Shown here: positions 49,335 to 61,121 of the stretch, in pieces
Numbering within the stretch: position 1 is the stretch's first letter
Layout of the letters: each line of letters opens with the position of its first letter
NCBI GenBank assembly: GCA_045105195.1
Contig: JBGCDG010000040.1
Span: 9,930 to 73,929 of the forward strand
Direction of reading: 5' to 3'
DNA from: Roseobacter sp.
GTDB lineage: Bacteria; Pseudomonadota; Alphaproteobacteria; Rhodobacterales; Rhodobacteraceae
DNA: 64,000 nucleotides
Notes under the pieces: generated by a model
The model's database searches: none
Seen by the model: the letters and a program-made list of their open reading frames with translations, nothing else
What the model was told of the DNA's origin: nothing
Made by a program: the position numbers and the translations under genes

Positions 49335-52300
49335 TTAGCGCGCAGCGGCTTTCCTACGCTTCTTCTCAGACACGACCTTTTCCGCCAGATCGCGCGCTAT
49401 CGCAAACGCGCCCTTGATCTTGTCTGCATCCGCTTTCCAGTCGCGACGCACGACAATCTTGTTGTCTTTCACTTTTGCCAAGCCGCGCTGGTCCTGAATA
49501 AAGTCCACCAATCCTTGCGGAGAGGCAAATTTATCATTGTGAAACTGGATCGTTGCCCCCTTCGGTCCGCCATCCAGTTTTGCAATCCCAGCGCGTTTGC
49601 ACATCCCTTTGATGCGCACCACCAGCATGAGCGTATTCACCTCCCGTGGCAGCTTGCCAAAACGGTCGATCAATTCCGCAGCAAACCCTTCCAGTTCAAC
49701 TTTCGTGCTCAGACTGCTCAGCCTGCGGTATAGGCCAAGGCGCACGTCAAGATCCGGCACATATTCCTCAGGGATAAGAACCGGCACGCCCAGATTTATC
49801 TGCGGCGCCCATTGATCATCGGCCTCTGATAGTCCCTCCATCTCGCCCGCGCGGATCTTGGCAATCGCCTCTTCCAGCAAGGATTGATAGAGTTCAAAAC
49901 CGACATCCCGCATCTGACCCGACTGTTCTTCGCCTAAAAGATTACCAGCACCGCGAATGTCCAGATCCTGACTGGCCAGCGTAAAGCCCGCCCCAAGCGT
50001 GTCGAGGCTGGACAGCACGCGCAGGCGCTTTTCTGCGTTTGGCGTCAACCGCTTACGCGGTTTGGTTGTCAGATACGCATAGGCCCGCGTTTTTGAGCGC
50101 CCCACGCGCCCTCTGATCTGATAAAGCTGCGCGAGGCCAAACATATCCGCCCGGTGGATGATCATCGTGTTCGCAGTCGGGATATCGAGGCCTGATTCAA
50201 CGATAGTTGTGGCAAGCAGAACGTCGTATTTGCCGTCATAGAAGGCATTCATACGATCATCCAGCTCCCCTGCAGCCATTTGCCCATGCGCGACCATGTA
50301 GCTCAGTTCGGGCAATTGCTCCTTCAGAAATTCTTCGATCTCGGGCAAGTCTGAAATGCGGGGGACCACAAAGAAAGACTGCCCGCCGCGATAATGCTCG
50401 CGCAACATGGCTTCACGCAGGGTCACACTGTCGAATTCACTGACGTAGGTGCGAATGGCCAGGCGATCGACCGGCGGCGTCCCGATAATGCTGAGATCGC
50501 GCACCCCCGTCAGGCTCAGTTGCAGCGTGCGCGGGATTGGTGTGGCCGTCAGGGTCAAAACGTGCACATCAGAACGCAGCTGTTTGAGCCGTTCCTTATG
50601 GGTCACACCAAAGTGCTGTTCTTCATCAATGACAAGCAGGCCCAGGTTTTGAAAGCGGATGCCTTTCGCCAACAGCGCGTGCGTGCCAATGACAATATCC
50701 ACAGTGCCACGCGACAGCCCGTCGCGCGTCGTATTGGCTTCCTTGGCGGGCACGAACCGGCTGAGTTGGCGCACATTGATCGGAAATCCGCGAAACCGCT
50801 CCGCAAAGCTTTTGTAGTGTTGCCGTGCAAGCAGCGTCGTGGGCGCGACAACGGCCACCTGAACGCCCGACATCGCCGCCACAAAAGCGGCTCGCATGGC
50901 AACTTCGGTCTTGCCAAAGCCCACATCCCCACACACCAATCTGTCCATCGGATTGCCGGAAGTCAGATCGCCGATCACGTCTTCGATGGCGTTCAACTGG
51001 TCATCCGTTTCCTGATAGGGGAAGCGCGCCGAGAATGCATCCCACATGCCGGGTGGTGGTTCCAAAACTGGTGCGCGCCGCAGCGCTCGCTCTGCCGCAA
51101 TCCGAATCAGCTTGTCGGCCATCTCACGGATACGTTCCTTGAGGCGTGCTTTCTTGGCTTGCCACGCCCCGCCGCCCAAACGGTCAAGCAACCCTTCGTC
51201 ATGACCATATTTGGACAGCAGCTCAATATTTTCTACTGGAAGATAAAGCTTTGAGTTTTCTGCATATTCCAGCAGAATACACTCATGCGCAGCACCTGCA
51301 GCGGTGATGACTTCCAGCCCTTTGTAGCGACCAATGCCGTGATCCACGTGGACGATCAGATCACCGGGCGTGAGCGATTGTGTCTCCGTCAGGAAATTTT
51401 CGGCGCGTCGTTTTTTGCGCGTGGCACGGATCAACCGATCACCAAGCACGTCTTGTTCGGAAATGACCGTGACCTGGCCGCCCTCGTAGGGGCCTTCAAA
51501 ACCATGCTCAAGCGCCCAGACTGTCAGATAGAGACCCCGCTTGCCAATCCGCGAGGCATCCGAAATTGGGATGACTTCTGCAAGCCCCTCGTCTTCGATC
51601 AGACCTGTCAACCGTTCACGCGCACCCTCAGAATAGCTTGCGATGACAACGGGTCCGACTTCGAGTTTTACCTTAATATGATCTGCTAATGCACCAAAAA
51701 GACTTAGTGATTCCTGCTGTCTCTCTGATGCAAAACTACGCCCGGCTCGGGCACCCGCATCAGTAACATTCAGACCAGTCGGTTGCGCCATGGGTGCCAG
51801 CTGCACAACACGTCGCCCGACAAGCTCTGCCTGCCATGTATCATCATCCAGATACAGCCCATCCGGTGGACAAGGCTTATAAACGCTGTCCATCCGGCCG
51901 CGATCGCTCATGGCAAGGCGGCGCGTTTCATACTGATCGACGATACTCTCCCAACGCGCGACGCGTGCTGCATCCACCTGATCGTCCAAAACGATGCTCG
52001 CCGCCGGGAGATAGCTAAACAGCGTTTCAAGCCGCTCGTGGAAAAAGGGCAACCAATGCTCGGCGCCTTGATGTTTGCGCCCCGCACTGACCGCTTCGTA
52101 CAGGGGGTCGTCAGTACCGGCGGCGCCAAACTCAATACGATAATTCTGGCGGAAGCGCGTGACAGCGGCTTCGTCGAGAATGATTTCGGAAACCGGCGCA
52201 AGTTCGATCATCTCTAGCTTTTCGGTGGTGCGTTGCGTCGCAGCATCGAAGCGGCGCGCGCCATCCAGAACATCCCCAAAAAGATCAAGCCGTACCGGCC

Positions 52301-52811
52301 CCAGATCCCCTGGTGGATAGATATCGATGATGCCCCCCCGCACCGCATAATCCCCGGGTTCCGTAACCGTTGGGCTCTGCACAAATCCCATACGCACCAG
52401 GAACGAACGCAAGGCTTTTTCGTCGATCCGACTGCCCACCTGCGCACTGAATGCCGCATCGCGCAAAATATCGCGCGCCGGCAGTTTCTGCGTGGCTGCG
52501 TTCAAAGTCGTCAGCACGATGAACTGTTCCGGCATTCCATGGATCAACGCCGCCAAGGTCGCCATACGACGCGCAGATATATCTGCATTCGGCGACACAC
52601 GGTCGTAGGGTAGGCAATCCCAACCAGGAAATACGATCACGGGCATGGCAGGTGCGAAGAACCGCAAGGCCTCTTGAAGCGCCGCAAGTCTTTTATCGTC
52701 CCGCGCGACATGCACAACCGGACCACCTTGCTTGGTCACCTCCTCTAGGAGCAGACGTGCGTCAAAGCCTTCGGGCGCGCCTGAAACGGTTATGTAGGAG
52801 GCTTTGGTCAT
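49335..52811 (-). CDS. mfd: transcription-repair coupling factor
   Basis: About 1158 aa with a UvrB-homology N-terminus, RNAP-interaction domain, DEAD/DEAH helicase motifs ([18 protein letters not shown]) and TRG. ATG 52811 is preferred over TTG 52841. Confidence 0.95.
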   Translation of the reverse strand: MTKASYITVSGAPEGFDARLLLEEVTKQGGPVVHVARDDKRLAALQEALRFFAPAMPVIVFPGWDCLPYDRVSPNADISARRMATLAALIHGMPEQFIVLTTLNAATQKLPARDILRDAAFSAQVGSRIDEKALRSFLVRMGFVQSPTVTEPGDYAVRGGIIDIYPPGDLGPVRLDLFGDVLDGARRFDAATQRTTEKLEMIELAPVSEIILDEAAVTRFRQNYRIEFGAAGTDDPLYEAVSAGRKHQGAEHWLPFFHERLETLFSYLPAASIVLDDQVDAARVARWESIVDQYETRRLAMSDRGRMDSVYKPCPPDGLYLDDDTWQAELVGRRVVQLAPMAQPTGLNVTDAGARAGRSFASERQQESLSLFGALADHIKVKLEVGPVVIASYSEGARERLTGLIEDEGLAEVIPISDASRIGKRGLYLTVWALEHGFEGPYEGGQVTVISEQDVLGDRLIRATRKKRRAENFLTETQSLTPGDLIVHVDHGIGRYKGLEVITAAGAAHECILLEYAENSKLYLPVENIELLSKYGHDEGLLDRLGGGAWQAKKARLKERIREMADKLIRIAAERALRRAPVLEPPPGMWDAFSARFPYQETDDQLNAIEDVIGDLTSGNPMDRLVCGDVGFGKTEVAMRAAFVAAMSGVQVAVVAPTTLLARQHYKSFAERFRGFPINVRQLSRFVPAKEANTTRDGLSRGTVDIVIGTHALLAKGIRFQNLGLLVIDEEQHFGVTHKERLKQLRSDVHVLTLTATPIPRTLQLSLTGVRDLSIIGTPPVDRLAIRTYVSEFDSVTLREAMLREHYRGGQSFFVVPRISDLPEIEEFLKEQLPELSYMVAHGQMAAGELDDRMNAFYDGKYDVLLATTIVESGLDIPTANTMIIHRADMFGLAQLYQIRGRVGRSKTRAYAYLTTKPRKRLTPNAEKRLRVLSSLDTLGAGFTLASQDLDIRGAGNLLGEEQSGQMRDVGFELYQSLLEEAIAKIRAGEMEGLSEADDQWAPQINLGVPVLIPEEYVPDLDVRLGLYRRLSSLSTKVELEGFAAELIDRFGKLPREVNTLMLVVRIKGMCKRAGIAKLDGGPKGATIQFHNDKFASPQGLVDFIQDQRGLAKVKDNKIVVRRDWKADADKIKGAFAIARDLAEKVVSEKKRRKAAAR

Positions 52812-52844
52812 CGGATGCTTCAATTGGGCCTTGTGCCCCAAGTG

Positions 52845-53372
52845 TCAACCGCCCAGCACCCCGATTGAGAGGTTTTGATACATTCCCCAAAGCGCTGTCA
52901 CAAAGATAGACACCACGCCGACCAACTGAACGAAAAACCGATGGCGTGCGAGACGCTTGCACAAATGTTCGCCCGTTGCCTCTTCGGCCTGAATCAGACG
53001 CGCTGTCGAAATGGACAGCAGTCCGACAACAGACATCGGAAAACCCAGCAAAAACAAGGCTTGCGCAAATTCTACGCGATAAAGGAAGCCTAAAAGAGCA
53101 AATCCTGTCAGGAAGAAACACGAAAAACCCAGGATCCATAATCCGGACACCCGTGCAATGTAGAGGATCCGATTGGAATTGATGCGGACCATGTCTTCGA
53201 GGTCCTGTTCGCTTTGTCCACCGTTACGCCGGGCACGCAGCACCATGTCAAAGGGCACGCCAAGCACCCAGTGGCTGGCCGAGGACCAAAGCACGGCAAG
53301 TGCGATCCAAAACCAAAGGTTGGAGAAAGACCGTAAGTCGATGAGTTCGAAAATACTGCTGTAGAGATCCAA
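52845..53372 (-). CDS. hypothetical polytopic membrane protein
   Basis: 175 aa with 4-5 predicted TM helices. It lies immediately upstream of mfd, with a 3-nt gap to the longest mfd ORF. No family recognised. Confidence 0.6.
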   Translation of the reverse strand: MDLYSSIFELIDLRSFSNLWFWIALAVLWSSASHWVLGVPFDMVLRARRNGGQSEQDLEDMVRINSNRILYIARVSGLWILGFSCFFLTGFALLGFLYRVEFAQALFLLGFPMSVVGLLSISTARLIQAEEATGEHLCKRLARHRFFVQLVGVVSIFVTALWGMYQNLSIGVLGG

Positions 53373-53479
53373 AGGCCGGACTTTTCTTGTTCGCTATCGG
53401 TCCTCTTAGCGGGGCCTTGCGGTAATTCCTAGCCTTGGCTTGCGGAAAAATACGTGCCAAGCATGAAGTGTAACGCAAA

Positions 53480-54490
53480 ATGGACAGATCAGGCATGCGA
53501 CCCACTCAAGCGCCCTTCCCCGCGACCCGATTGCGCCGCATCCGGCAAAGCCCTGCAGTTCGCGCCCTCACGCGCGAAAACACCGTGACTGTGGATGATT
53601 TCATCTGGCCAGTCTTTGTGCGGGCGGGCGAGGGAATCGAAGAACCGATCCCGTCGATGCCCGGTGTGTTTCGACGCTCTGTGGACCGGCTGGTGGAGGC
53701 CGCAAAAGAGGCGGCAGATCTGGGCATTCCCGCGATCTGCATCTTTCCCTACACCGGAATAGAGGAGCGCACAGAAGACTGCGCGGGCGCTTGGGATCCG
53801 GACAACCATGCCAATCGCGCGATCCGCGCCATCAAAGCAGCAGTGCCCGACATGGCGATCATGACCGATGTGGCGCTGGATACCTACAACATCAATGGCC
53901 ACGATGGATTTGTCGAAAACGGCGAAATCGTGAATGACCGTACTGTCGAAGCGCTGGTCAAGATGACGCTGGCGCAAGCTGAGGCAGGTGCGGATATCAT
54001 CGGGCCTTCGGATATGATGGACGGGCGCATCGGGGCGATGCGCAGCGCCTTGGAAAGTGCCGGACATCAGAACGTCATGATCCTGAGTTACGCCGCCAAA
54101 TACGCCTCTGCGTTTTATGGCCCGTTCCGCGATGCCGTCGGCGCTTCGGCTGCGCTGACTGGCGACAAAAAGACCTATCAGATGGACCCTGGCAATTCGA
54201 ATGAGGCCCTGCGGCTGATCGAGCGCGATCTGCGGGAGGGCGCGGATATGGTCATGGTAAAACCCGGCCTGCCCTATCTGGATATCTGCCGTCGCGTCAA
54301 AGATAGCTTTGGCGCGCCCACATACGCCTACCAAGTTTCGGGTGAATACGCGATGATCCAGGCCGCGGCGTCCAACGGCTGGATCGATGGTGACAAAGTC
54401 ATGCTTGAAAGCCTCATGGCCTTCAAACGTGCCGGTTGCGATGGCATTTTAACCTATTTTGCGCCCGCTGCGGCGCGGATCTTGGGATAA
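53480..54490 (+). CDS. hemB: porphobilinogen synthase (ALA dehydratase)
   Basis: 336 aa with active-site Lys regions (VMVKPG..YLD, YQVSGEYAM). An alternative start lies at 53495. Confidence 0.95.
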   Translation: MDRSGMRPTQAPFPATRLRRIRQSPAVRALTRENTVTVDDFIWPVFVRAGEGIEEPIPSMPGVFRRSVDRLVEAAKEAADLGIPAICIFPYTGIEERTEDCAGAWDPDNHANRAIRAIKAAVPDMAIMTDVALDTYNINGHDGFVENGEIVNDRTVEALVKMTLAQAEAGADIIGPSDMMDGRIGAMRSALESAGHQNVMILSYAAKYASAFYGPFRDAVGASAALTGDKKTYQMDPGNSNEALRLIERDLREGADMVMVKPGLPYLDICRRVKDSFGAPTYAYQVSGEYAMIQAAASNGWIDGDKVMLESLMAFKRAGCDGILTYFAPAAARILG

Positions 54491-54604
54491 CAGCAAATTC
54501 ATGCTGAAACGCATGCACGGGCGTGACTTTCCCGGACGATAAGCGTAATGTTGCCACCAAGCCGGATCAACCGGCAAACAGAGCAACAACATACAGGCAA
54601 AACC

Positions 54605-55171
54605 ATGAAATTTTCAGAACTTTCGCGCCGGAGCTTCACGCTCGGCGCTTTGGCAGGTGTCTCTCTTACCGCCGCTTGCGGGAATGGCATCGGAAACACC
54701 AACGCCGAGGCGCTGGACATCCGGGTGTCGCAAACGCTGGAGCAAATGTACCAAGCCTATCCCAACACGCGCGATCTGGCATCCAAGGCCAATGGCATGC
54801 TTGTCATGCCCGTTGTGACCGAAGCGGGTTTTGGCTTTGGGGGTGCGTATGGACAAGGCGCGCTTCGGATCGCAGATGCCACCGTGGATTATTACTCCGT
54901 CGCGGAAGTGTCGGGTGGCTTGCAAATCGGCGCGCAGCAATATTCGCATGTTTTGTTTTTTATGACGGACGATGCACTGAGTGATTTCCGCAAGTCCTCT
55001 GGATGGGCGGCCGGTGCAGACATCAAATATGTGATCTCTGACGTGGGCGATGGCGCAAACGCCAGCACGACCACTGCACTCAGCCCCGTGCTCGCGGCAG
55101 TCTTCAACCGAGGCGGCCTCTATGCAGGCGCAGCCCTTGAAGGCAACAAATACACACGCATCATCCCTTAA
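54605..55171 (+). CDS. SYLF (DUF500) lipid-binding domain lipoprotein
   Basis: A Tat-like/lipobox signal (SRRSFTLGALAGVSLTAAC) is followed by a Gly-rich SYLF pattern (GFGFGGAYGQGAL, GLQIGAQ). The upstream extension to 54548 is rejected. Confidence 0.7.
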   Translation: MKFSELSRRSFTLGALAGVSLTAACGNGIGNTNAEALDIRVSQTLEQMYQAYPNTRDLASKANGMLVMPVVTEAGFGFGGAYGQGALRIADATVDYYSVAEVSGGLQIGAQQYSHVLFFMTDDALSDFRKSSGWAAGADIKYVISDVGDGANASTTTALSPVLAAVFNRGGLYAGAALEGNKYTRIIP

Positions 55172-55191
55172 ACTGGGCGCGACAATGGGGG

Positions 55192-55224
55192 CCATCGGTG
55201 GCGCTCGCGTCGCCGATGGTTTTT
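55192..55224 (+). terminator. Rho-independent terminator after the SYLF gene
   Basis: The stem is CCATCGG...CCGATGG with partial inner pairing, followed by TTTTT, 20 nt after the stop codon. Confidence 0.6.
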
Positions 55225-55582
55225 CGTTCGAACCCAAGGATCACACGTGGGCGGCACAAACACTATGCCGAACTAATTTTCTCTCGATAATCCCGCTTTT
55301 AATGACTGACTGCTGCTTTCAACAATTTTCGAAATTGCCCTGAAAAGCTTGGACTCCGCCCGTTGGTTGCCGGCCTGCAGGCTTGTTGCACCTGCAACAC
55401 GCCAATTTTCGCGCTTTGTTTCAGCGCCCGGTTGTTACGGTTTGTGGCTGAAAGTATGTCTCTAAATCCCTGTTTAGGGTCTAAAGCGGGTCAGGAAAAC
55501 TAGTTAAGCGTAAACCGGTGCGCTGCCTTAAAACTTACGCAGCGCTCCGGGACAGCAAAATGGAACGGTGTCGCCTGACGGT

Positions 55583-56455
55583 TTAACCCAAAGCTTTCAG
55601 GCGCTTGAACAGACTGGACGTGTCCCAACGGCCGCCGCCCATCTTTTGCACATCCTTATAAAACTGATCGATAATTGCCGTGACCGGCAGGCTTGCACCC
55701 GTTTCATCCGCCGTCGACAGACAAATACCCAGATCCTTGCGCATCCAATCCGTGGCAAAACCATGATCGAAATGATCATCCAGCATCGTTTCATAGCGGT
55801 TCGACATCTGCCAACTGCCCGCAGCACCCTGGCTGATCACCTCGACAACCGCACGGCCTTCCAACCCCGCTTTATCCGCGAAATGCAGTGCCTCACTAAG
55901 CCCCTGAACCAATCCTGCGATCGCGATCTGGTTGCACATCTTGGTCATTTGACCGGCACCACTGGCTCCGATCCGGCGGCAAATCTTGGAATAGACATCC
56001 ATGATAGGGTGTGCGCGATCATACGCACCCTGCTCTCCCCCGCACATGATAGAGAGCGCTCCGTTTTCTGCCCCAGCCTGACCGCCGGAAATAGGCGCAT
56101 CCACAAAACTGATCTGGAGCGTGTCGGCCGCTGCATAAAGTTCACGGGTTACGGCTGCTGAGACAGTCGTATGATCCACGAAAACCGCGCCCGCCTGCAT
56201 ACCAGAAAAAGCGCCATCCGGACCAAGACAAACACCACGCAAGTCATCATCATTACCAACACAGGACATGACAAAATCCGCGCCCGCGGCGGCTTCAGCT
56301 GGAGTTTTGGCCATCGTACCATTGTATTGCGTCACCCAGGTATCCGCCTTGGCTGTCGTCCGATTATAGACGGTTACCGCGTGTCCCGCGTTCTTCAAAT
56401 GCCCCGCCATTGGCGCGCCCATGACGCCCAATCCCAGAAATGCCAGTTTGGCCAT
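55583..56455 (-). CDS. NAD(P)-dependent oxidoreductase, 3-hydroxyisobutyrate dehydrogenase (HIBADH) family
   Basis: 290 aa with the Rossmann motif LGLGVMGAPMAGHL and 6PGDH-like NAD-binding and C-terminal helical domains. Confidence 0.85.
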   Translation of the reverse strand: MAKLAFLGLGVMGAPMAGHLKNAGHAVTVYNRTTAKADTWVTQYNGTMAKTPAEAAAGADFVMSCVGNDDDLRGVCLGPDGAFSGMQAGAVFVDHTTVSAAVTRELYAAADTLQISFVDAPISGGQAGAENGALSIMCGGEQGAYDRAHPIMDVYSKICRRIGASGAGQMTKMCNQIAIAGLVQGLSEALHFADKAGLEGRAVVEVISQGAAGSWQMSNRYETMLDDHFDHGFATDWMRKDLGICLSTADETGASLPVTAIIDQFYKDVQKMGGGRWDTSSLFKRLKALG

Positions 56456-56556
56456 TTTTATTTCCCCTTTTGGGTGTTGCGTTAACCTTGTCTTCTACCT
56501 AACAGTCGCACAACGAGGGTCAAATCAAACAGGCACTATTCCACAAGGGAAGTAGC

Positions 56557-59022
56557 ATGGGTCTGGTCTTTACGTGGCTACTACGCATCGCGGGCGGGAT
56601 GATCGCTCTGATCGTGGCGGCCATCGCAATGATCTACTATCTCGGCACACGATCGCTGCCGGATTACAACGACGTGGTCGACGTGCCTTACCTGTCGGCT
56701 CCGGTTGCGATCGTGCGCGATAATGCCAACGTTCCACATATCTTTGGGCAGACGGACGAAGATACCTACTATGCGCTCGGTTTTGCCCACGCGCAGGACA
56801 GGCTTTGGCAACTGACGACCATGCGTCGCACGGCGCAGGGCCGTTTGTCAGAAATGTTCGGCACGGCGACGGTTGAAGTCGACAAACTGATCCGCAGGCT
56901 TGATATCTATGCGCTTGCCGTGGCTTCGCTTGATGCGCAGGACGACCGTACGATGCGCATGTTACGCGCCTATGCGACAGGGATCAATGCGCGCCTCGAT
57001 CAGGTAAATGCCCAAGCGCTGGGGCGCGGTGCGCCCGAGATGTTCCTCTTTAACGAACCGATTGCGCCATGGCGCCCGGCTGACACCCTTGCAATCGTCA
57101 AACTTATGGGACTGCGTCTGGCGTCGCATCTCGATACGGAGGTCTTTCGCGCGCGCATGTCCATTGCGCTGCCAGACCCAGCGCGGATTACGGATATTCT
57201 ACCGGACGCACCCGGCACTGGCGTTGCGGCCCTGCCTGAGTATACGCAACTGTTTCCCAATGCACCGCGCTATGCTGACGTCGCGCGGCGCGACGTTCAT
57301 CCTCTGTCACCCTTTCAACCGGTCCCGTTTGGAGGTGCGTCAAACGTCTGGGCCGCTGCGCCGGAGCGCTCCGCCGCAGGTGGGTCCTTGCTGGCAAATG
57401 ATCCTCACCTCGGGTTTTCTGCGCCAGGCATCTGGTATCTCGCTCGGATGGAACTTCAATCAGGTGGCGTGATCGGCGGCACCATTCCTGGCATCCCTGC
57501 TATTTTAAGCGGGCGCAGCGACGATCTGGGCTGGGGTGTGACCTCGGCCAAGCTCGACGATCAGGATGTTCACATCGAACAGATCAACCCCGAAAACTCA
57601 GAAGAATATCTGACGCCGGACGGTTTCAAACCCTTTGAGACGCGCAAATCCATCATCAACATCAAGGATGCCGCGCCAATCACGCTGACCCTGCGGTGGA
57701 CAGAAAACGGACCGGTGCTTTCTGGCGCAGATTACAATCTTGCGCGCGTCACGCCGCCCGGCCATGTGGCGTCCCTGGCCTGGACGGTGTTGAGCCCTAA
57801 TGACACAACACTGGGCGCCGCCTTGCGCATTATGGAAGCCAAAAGTGTCGAAGCCGGGATTGCCGCCGCCGAAGATTACGTCGCACCAGCGCAAAATCTG
57901 ATGTTAATCGACCGCCGAACGATTGCCATGAAGATGATCGGTATGGCCCCAAGACGCGATGCAACGCATCAAAGCAAAGGGCGTTTACCCAGCCCCGGCT
58001 GGATCAGCACGAACCGCTGGCAAGGCCGCCTGCCCTATGCCTCCAACCCCGAATTCATCTCTCCTGCTGGGGCGATTTTGGGCAATACTAACAATAAGAC
58101 GGTCGAGCGGCCGTTTCCCAATCATGTCTCTTTTGACTGGGGTGACACGCAACGGATCAAGCGCTGGGAAAAGCTGATGCAGGATCGCCAGGTTCACACG
58201 CGCGACAGTTTCATCGAAGCGCAATTGGACGCCGTGAGTTTCACCGCACAATCGCTGTTGCCCCTGATCGGTGCCGAGCTTTGGTTTACTGGCGAAGCCG
58301 CTCCCGAAGGTACGCCTTTGCGCCAACGCCAACGTGCGCTGGACCTCCTCGGAAACTGGTCGGGTGAGATGAATGAACACATGCCTGAACCTTTGATCTA
58401 CGCCGCCTGGCTGCGCAGCCTGCAAGCCCGCATCATTCAAGACGACATTGGCCCGCTGGCCCGCGAAATGACCCATGTAGAGCCGCTTTTTATCGAACGT
58501 GTGTTCCGCGATATCGATGGCGCGTCGGTGTGGTGTGATGTGCTCCAGTCTGCGCCAGTGGAGACCTGTGCGGATATGGCGCGTCTGGCTCTGGATGACG
58601 CGCTGATCTGGATCGAGGAAACATGGGGACCCGCACTGGAGAGCCTGCGCTGGGGCGATGCGCATCAGGCCACCCATGATCACCAGGTGCTGGGCGATGT
58701 TCCCGTGCTGCGGTATTTCGTGAACATTCGCCAGTCAACAAATGGCGGCGATAACACCTTGCAGCGCGGGTTGACACGGGGCTGGGGCGACAACCCTTTT
58801 TTCAACGTCCACGGGGCGGGCTATCGCGGAGTCTATGATCTGGCCGATCCTGACAGCTCCGTCTTTATTGCCTCCACAGGTCAGTCGGGCCACTTCCTGT
58901 CGCGGCACTATGACGACATGGCGCAACTCTGGCGACGGGGTGAATACATTCCCATGTCACTTGACGAGAATCTGGCGCGCGCCGGTGCTGTAGGCGTGAC
59001 CACTCTGAACCCGCAGCGCTAG
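56557..59022 (+). CDS. penicillin acylase family (S45 Ntn-hydrolase), possible N-acyl-homoserine-lactone acylase
   Basis: 821 aa with an N-terminal membrane/signal helix. GGASNVWAA contains the beta-subunit N-terminal Ser nucleophile. Confidence 0.88.
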   Translation: MGLVFTWLLRIAGGMIALIVAAIAMIYYLGTRSLPDYNDVVDVPYLSAPVAIVRDNANVPHIFGQTDEDTYYALGFAHAQDRLWQLTTMRRTAQGRLSEMFGTATVEVDKLIRRLDIYALAVASLDAQDDRTMRMLRAYATGINARLDQVNAQALGRGAPEMFLFNEPIAPWRPADTLAIVKLMGLRLASHLDTEVFRARMSIALPDPARITDILPDAPGTGVAALPEYTQLFPNAPRYADVARRDVHPLSPFQPVPFGGASNVWAAAPERSAAGGSLLANDPHLGFSAPGIWYLARMELQSGGVIGGTIPGIPAILSGRSDDLGWGVTSAKLDDQDVHIEQINPENSEEYLTPDGFKPFETRKSIINIKDAAPITLTLRWTENGPVLSGADYNLARVTPPGHVASLAWTVLSPNDTTLGAALRIMEAKSVEAGIAAAEDYVAPAQNLMLIDRRTIAMKMIGMAPRRDATHQSKGRLPSPGWISTNRWQGRLPYASNPEFISPAGAILGNTNNKTVERPFPNHVSFDWGDTQRIKRWEKLMQDRQVHTRDSFIEAQLDAVSFTAQSLLPLIGAELWFTGEAAPEGTPLRQRQRALDLLGNWSGEMNEHMPEPLIYAAWLRSLQARIIQDDIGPLAREMTHVEPLFIERVFRDIDGASVWCDVLQSAPVETCADMARLALDDALIWIEETWGPALESLRWGDAHQATHDHQVLGDVPVLRYFVNIRQSTNGGDNTLQRGLTRGWGDNPFFNVHGAGYRGVYDLADPDSSVFIASTGQSGHFLSRHYDDMAQLWRRGEYIPMSLDENLARAGAVGVTTLNPQR

Positions 59023-59586
59023 ATGACGCGGGTCATCCTGTTCAACAAACCCTTTGGCGTCCTGCCCCAATTTACTGACAAAGGCTCAACGGATAGCCCT
59101 CGCCCCACGCTTTCGGCCTACATTGACGCACCCGGTTTCTATCCCGCAGGTCGGCTCGATCGGGACAGCGAAGGCTTGATGGTCCTCACCGACGACGGCA
59201 AACTACAGGCCCGGATTGCAGACCCGAAACACAAGATGCACAAGACGTATCTGGTGCAGGTCGAGGGCGCGCCAGATGACAAACAGATCAACGCACTGCG
59301 TCGTGGCGTTGATTTGAAAGACGGACGCACGAAACCCGCCGAGGCCATGCATATTGATCCGCCCGCCGACCTCTGGCCCCGCGACCCACCGGTGCGGTTT
59401 CGCAAAACTGTGCCAGACGCCTGGTTGCAGATCACAATTTCCGAGGGACGCAACCGTCAAGTGCGCCGCATGACAGCCCACGTGGGATTGCCCTGCCTGC
59501 GGCTTGTGCGTGTACAGATCGGCGACTGGACCTTGGACCAACTGGAAACCGGCGTTTGGCGGTTCGAAAATCACCTTGGGTCGTGA
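59023..59586 (+). CDS. RsuA/RluE-family rRNA pseudouridine synthase
   Basis: 187 aa with the catalytic [10 protein letters not shown] motif. It starts immediately after the acylase stop codon. Confidence 0.85.
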   Translation: MTRVILFNKPFGVLPQFTDKGSTDSPRPTLSAYIDAPGFYPAGRLDRDSEGLMVLTDDGKLQARIADPKHKMHKTYLVQVEGAPDDKQINALRRGVDLKDGRTKPAEAMHIDPPADLWPRDPPVRFRKTVPDAWLQITISEGRNRQVRRMTAHVGLPCLRLVRVQIGDWTLDQLETGVWRFENHLGS

Positions 59587-60885
59587 CTAAACCTGCGTGT
59601 AACGCGCTTCCTGCTGCGTCGTCCAGCGCACCACAATTTCAAAACCCTCTTCGGTCTGAGTCTCGGTCTGCACCAGTTCCTGTTCAAACAGCCAGGCGCG
59701 TTTCTTGCCTTCCGCAAAACTCAGCGTCAGGTGCGTCTCCCGCTTGGCACCTTGCAGGGTATCGGTTATCGCGCCAAGCAACCCGTCGAGACCTTCACCC
59801 GTCAGCGCTGATATTGCGAACACTTGATCGTCCCGGCCCGCGCGGGTGCGCATGGCCTCGGCATCGGTGTCGGACATGGCATCCAACTTATTCCAAATTT
59901 CGAAACTGGGGCGATCTTGCGCGACCCCCAGCGACGTCATGATACGGGCGACATCCTGCGCCTGCTCCTCAGTCTCCGGGTGCGAAATATCACGCACATG
60001 GCAGATGACATCAGCAGCCAAGACTTCCTCCAACGTGGCCCGGAATGAGGCAACAAGCTCCGTTGGCAAATCTGAAATAAATCCGACTGTGTCCGACAAA
60101 ATCACTTCGGGTCCGTCCGGCAGATGCAGGCGTCGCATCGTCGGGTCTAGCGTCGCAAACAGCATGTCCTTTGCCATCACATCCGCCCCCGTGAGACGGT
60201 TGAACAGCGTCGATTTTCCAGCGTTGGTGTATCCGACAAGAGCCACGATCGGATAGGGTATCTTGGCGCGGGCAGCGCGATGTAGAGCGCGCGTTTTAAC
60301 GACCTTTTCAAGCTGGCGGCGCAGACGCGTCAACTGTTCATCAATGGCACGGCGATCTGCTTCGATTTGTGTTTCACCCGGCCCGCCGACGAAACCAAGC
60401 CCGCCACGTTGCCGCTCAAGGTGGGTCCAGGCCCGCACCAAACGCGTACGTTGATAGCTTAGGGCGGCCATCTCAACCTGCAACACCCCTTCACGGGTCG
60501 CCGCGCGGTCACTGAAGATTTCAAGGATCAAACCGGTGCGGTCCAGCAGTTTCACGCCCCATGCCTTTTCCAGATTACGCTGCTGAACGGGGCTGACGGG
60601 ACCATCCACGAGAACCAATTCGATCTCTTCGGCTTCAAGCGCGGTTTTGATCTCTTCGATTTTGCCGGAACCAAAAAGCATACCCGCCCGAACGGTTTTG
60701 AGCGGTACAATATCTGACCCAACCACTTCCAGCTCAGGCAAAGCGCGTGCCAGCGAAATTGCTTCGGCCAAGGCATGATCTGCCAAGCGCCGCTCTGGGT
60801 CGGATTTAATTTCTGGATGCAGAACCCAGGCCCGGGTCATTCGCGGGCCATCTGTCTCATCAATCTGGAAGGGCGGTCGGCTCAA
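59587..60885 (-). CDS. hflX: GTPase HflX
   Basis: HflX N-domain plus G domain ([18 protein letters not shown]). The longest ORF starts at TTG 60885, overlapping the hfq stop; an alternative ATG lies at 60840. Confidence 0.9.
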
Positions 60886-61121
60886 GAAGCGTCTTCGCCC
60901 TCATACAAACTAATGGGCTGGCTTGGCATGATCGTGGAGATCGCATGCTTATAGACCAGCTGCGACTGTCCATCACGTCGCAACAGAACGCAAAAATTGT
61001 CAAACCAGGTGATCACACCCTGCAGTTTCACGCCATTGATAAGGAAGATGGTCACAGGAACTTTAGTCTTGCGCACATGGTTCAGGAACGCGTCCTGAAG
61101 ATTCTGTCTGTCCGACGCCAT
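60882..61121 (-). CDS. hfq: RNA chaperone Hfq
   Basis: 79 aa with Sm1/Sm2 motifs (QDAFLN..R....[19 protein letters not shown]; YKHAISTI). A GAGGA SD lies 5 nt upstream of ATG 61121; the ORF extension to 61181 is rejected. Confidence 0.95.
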
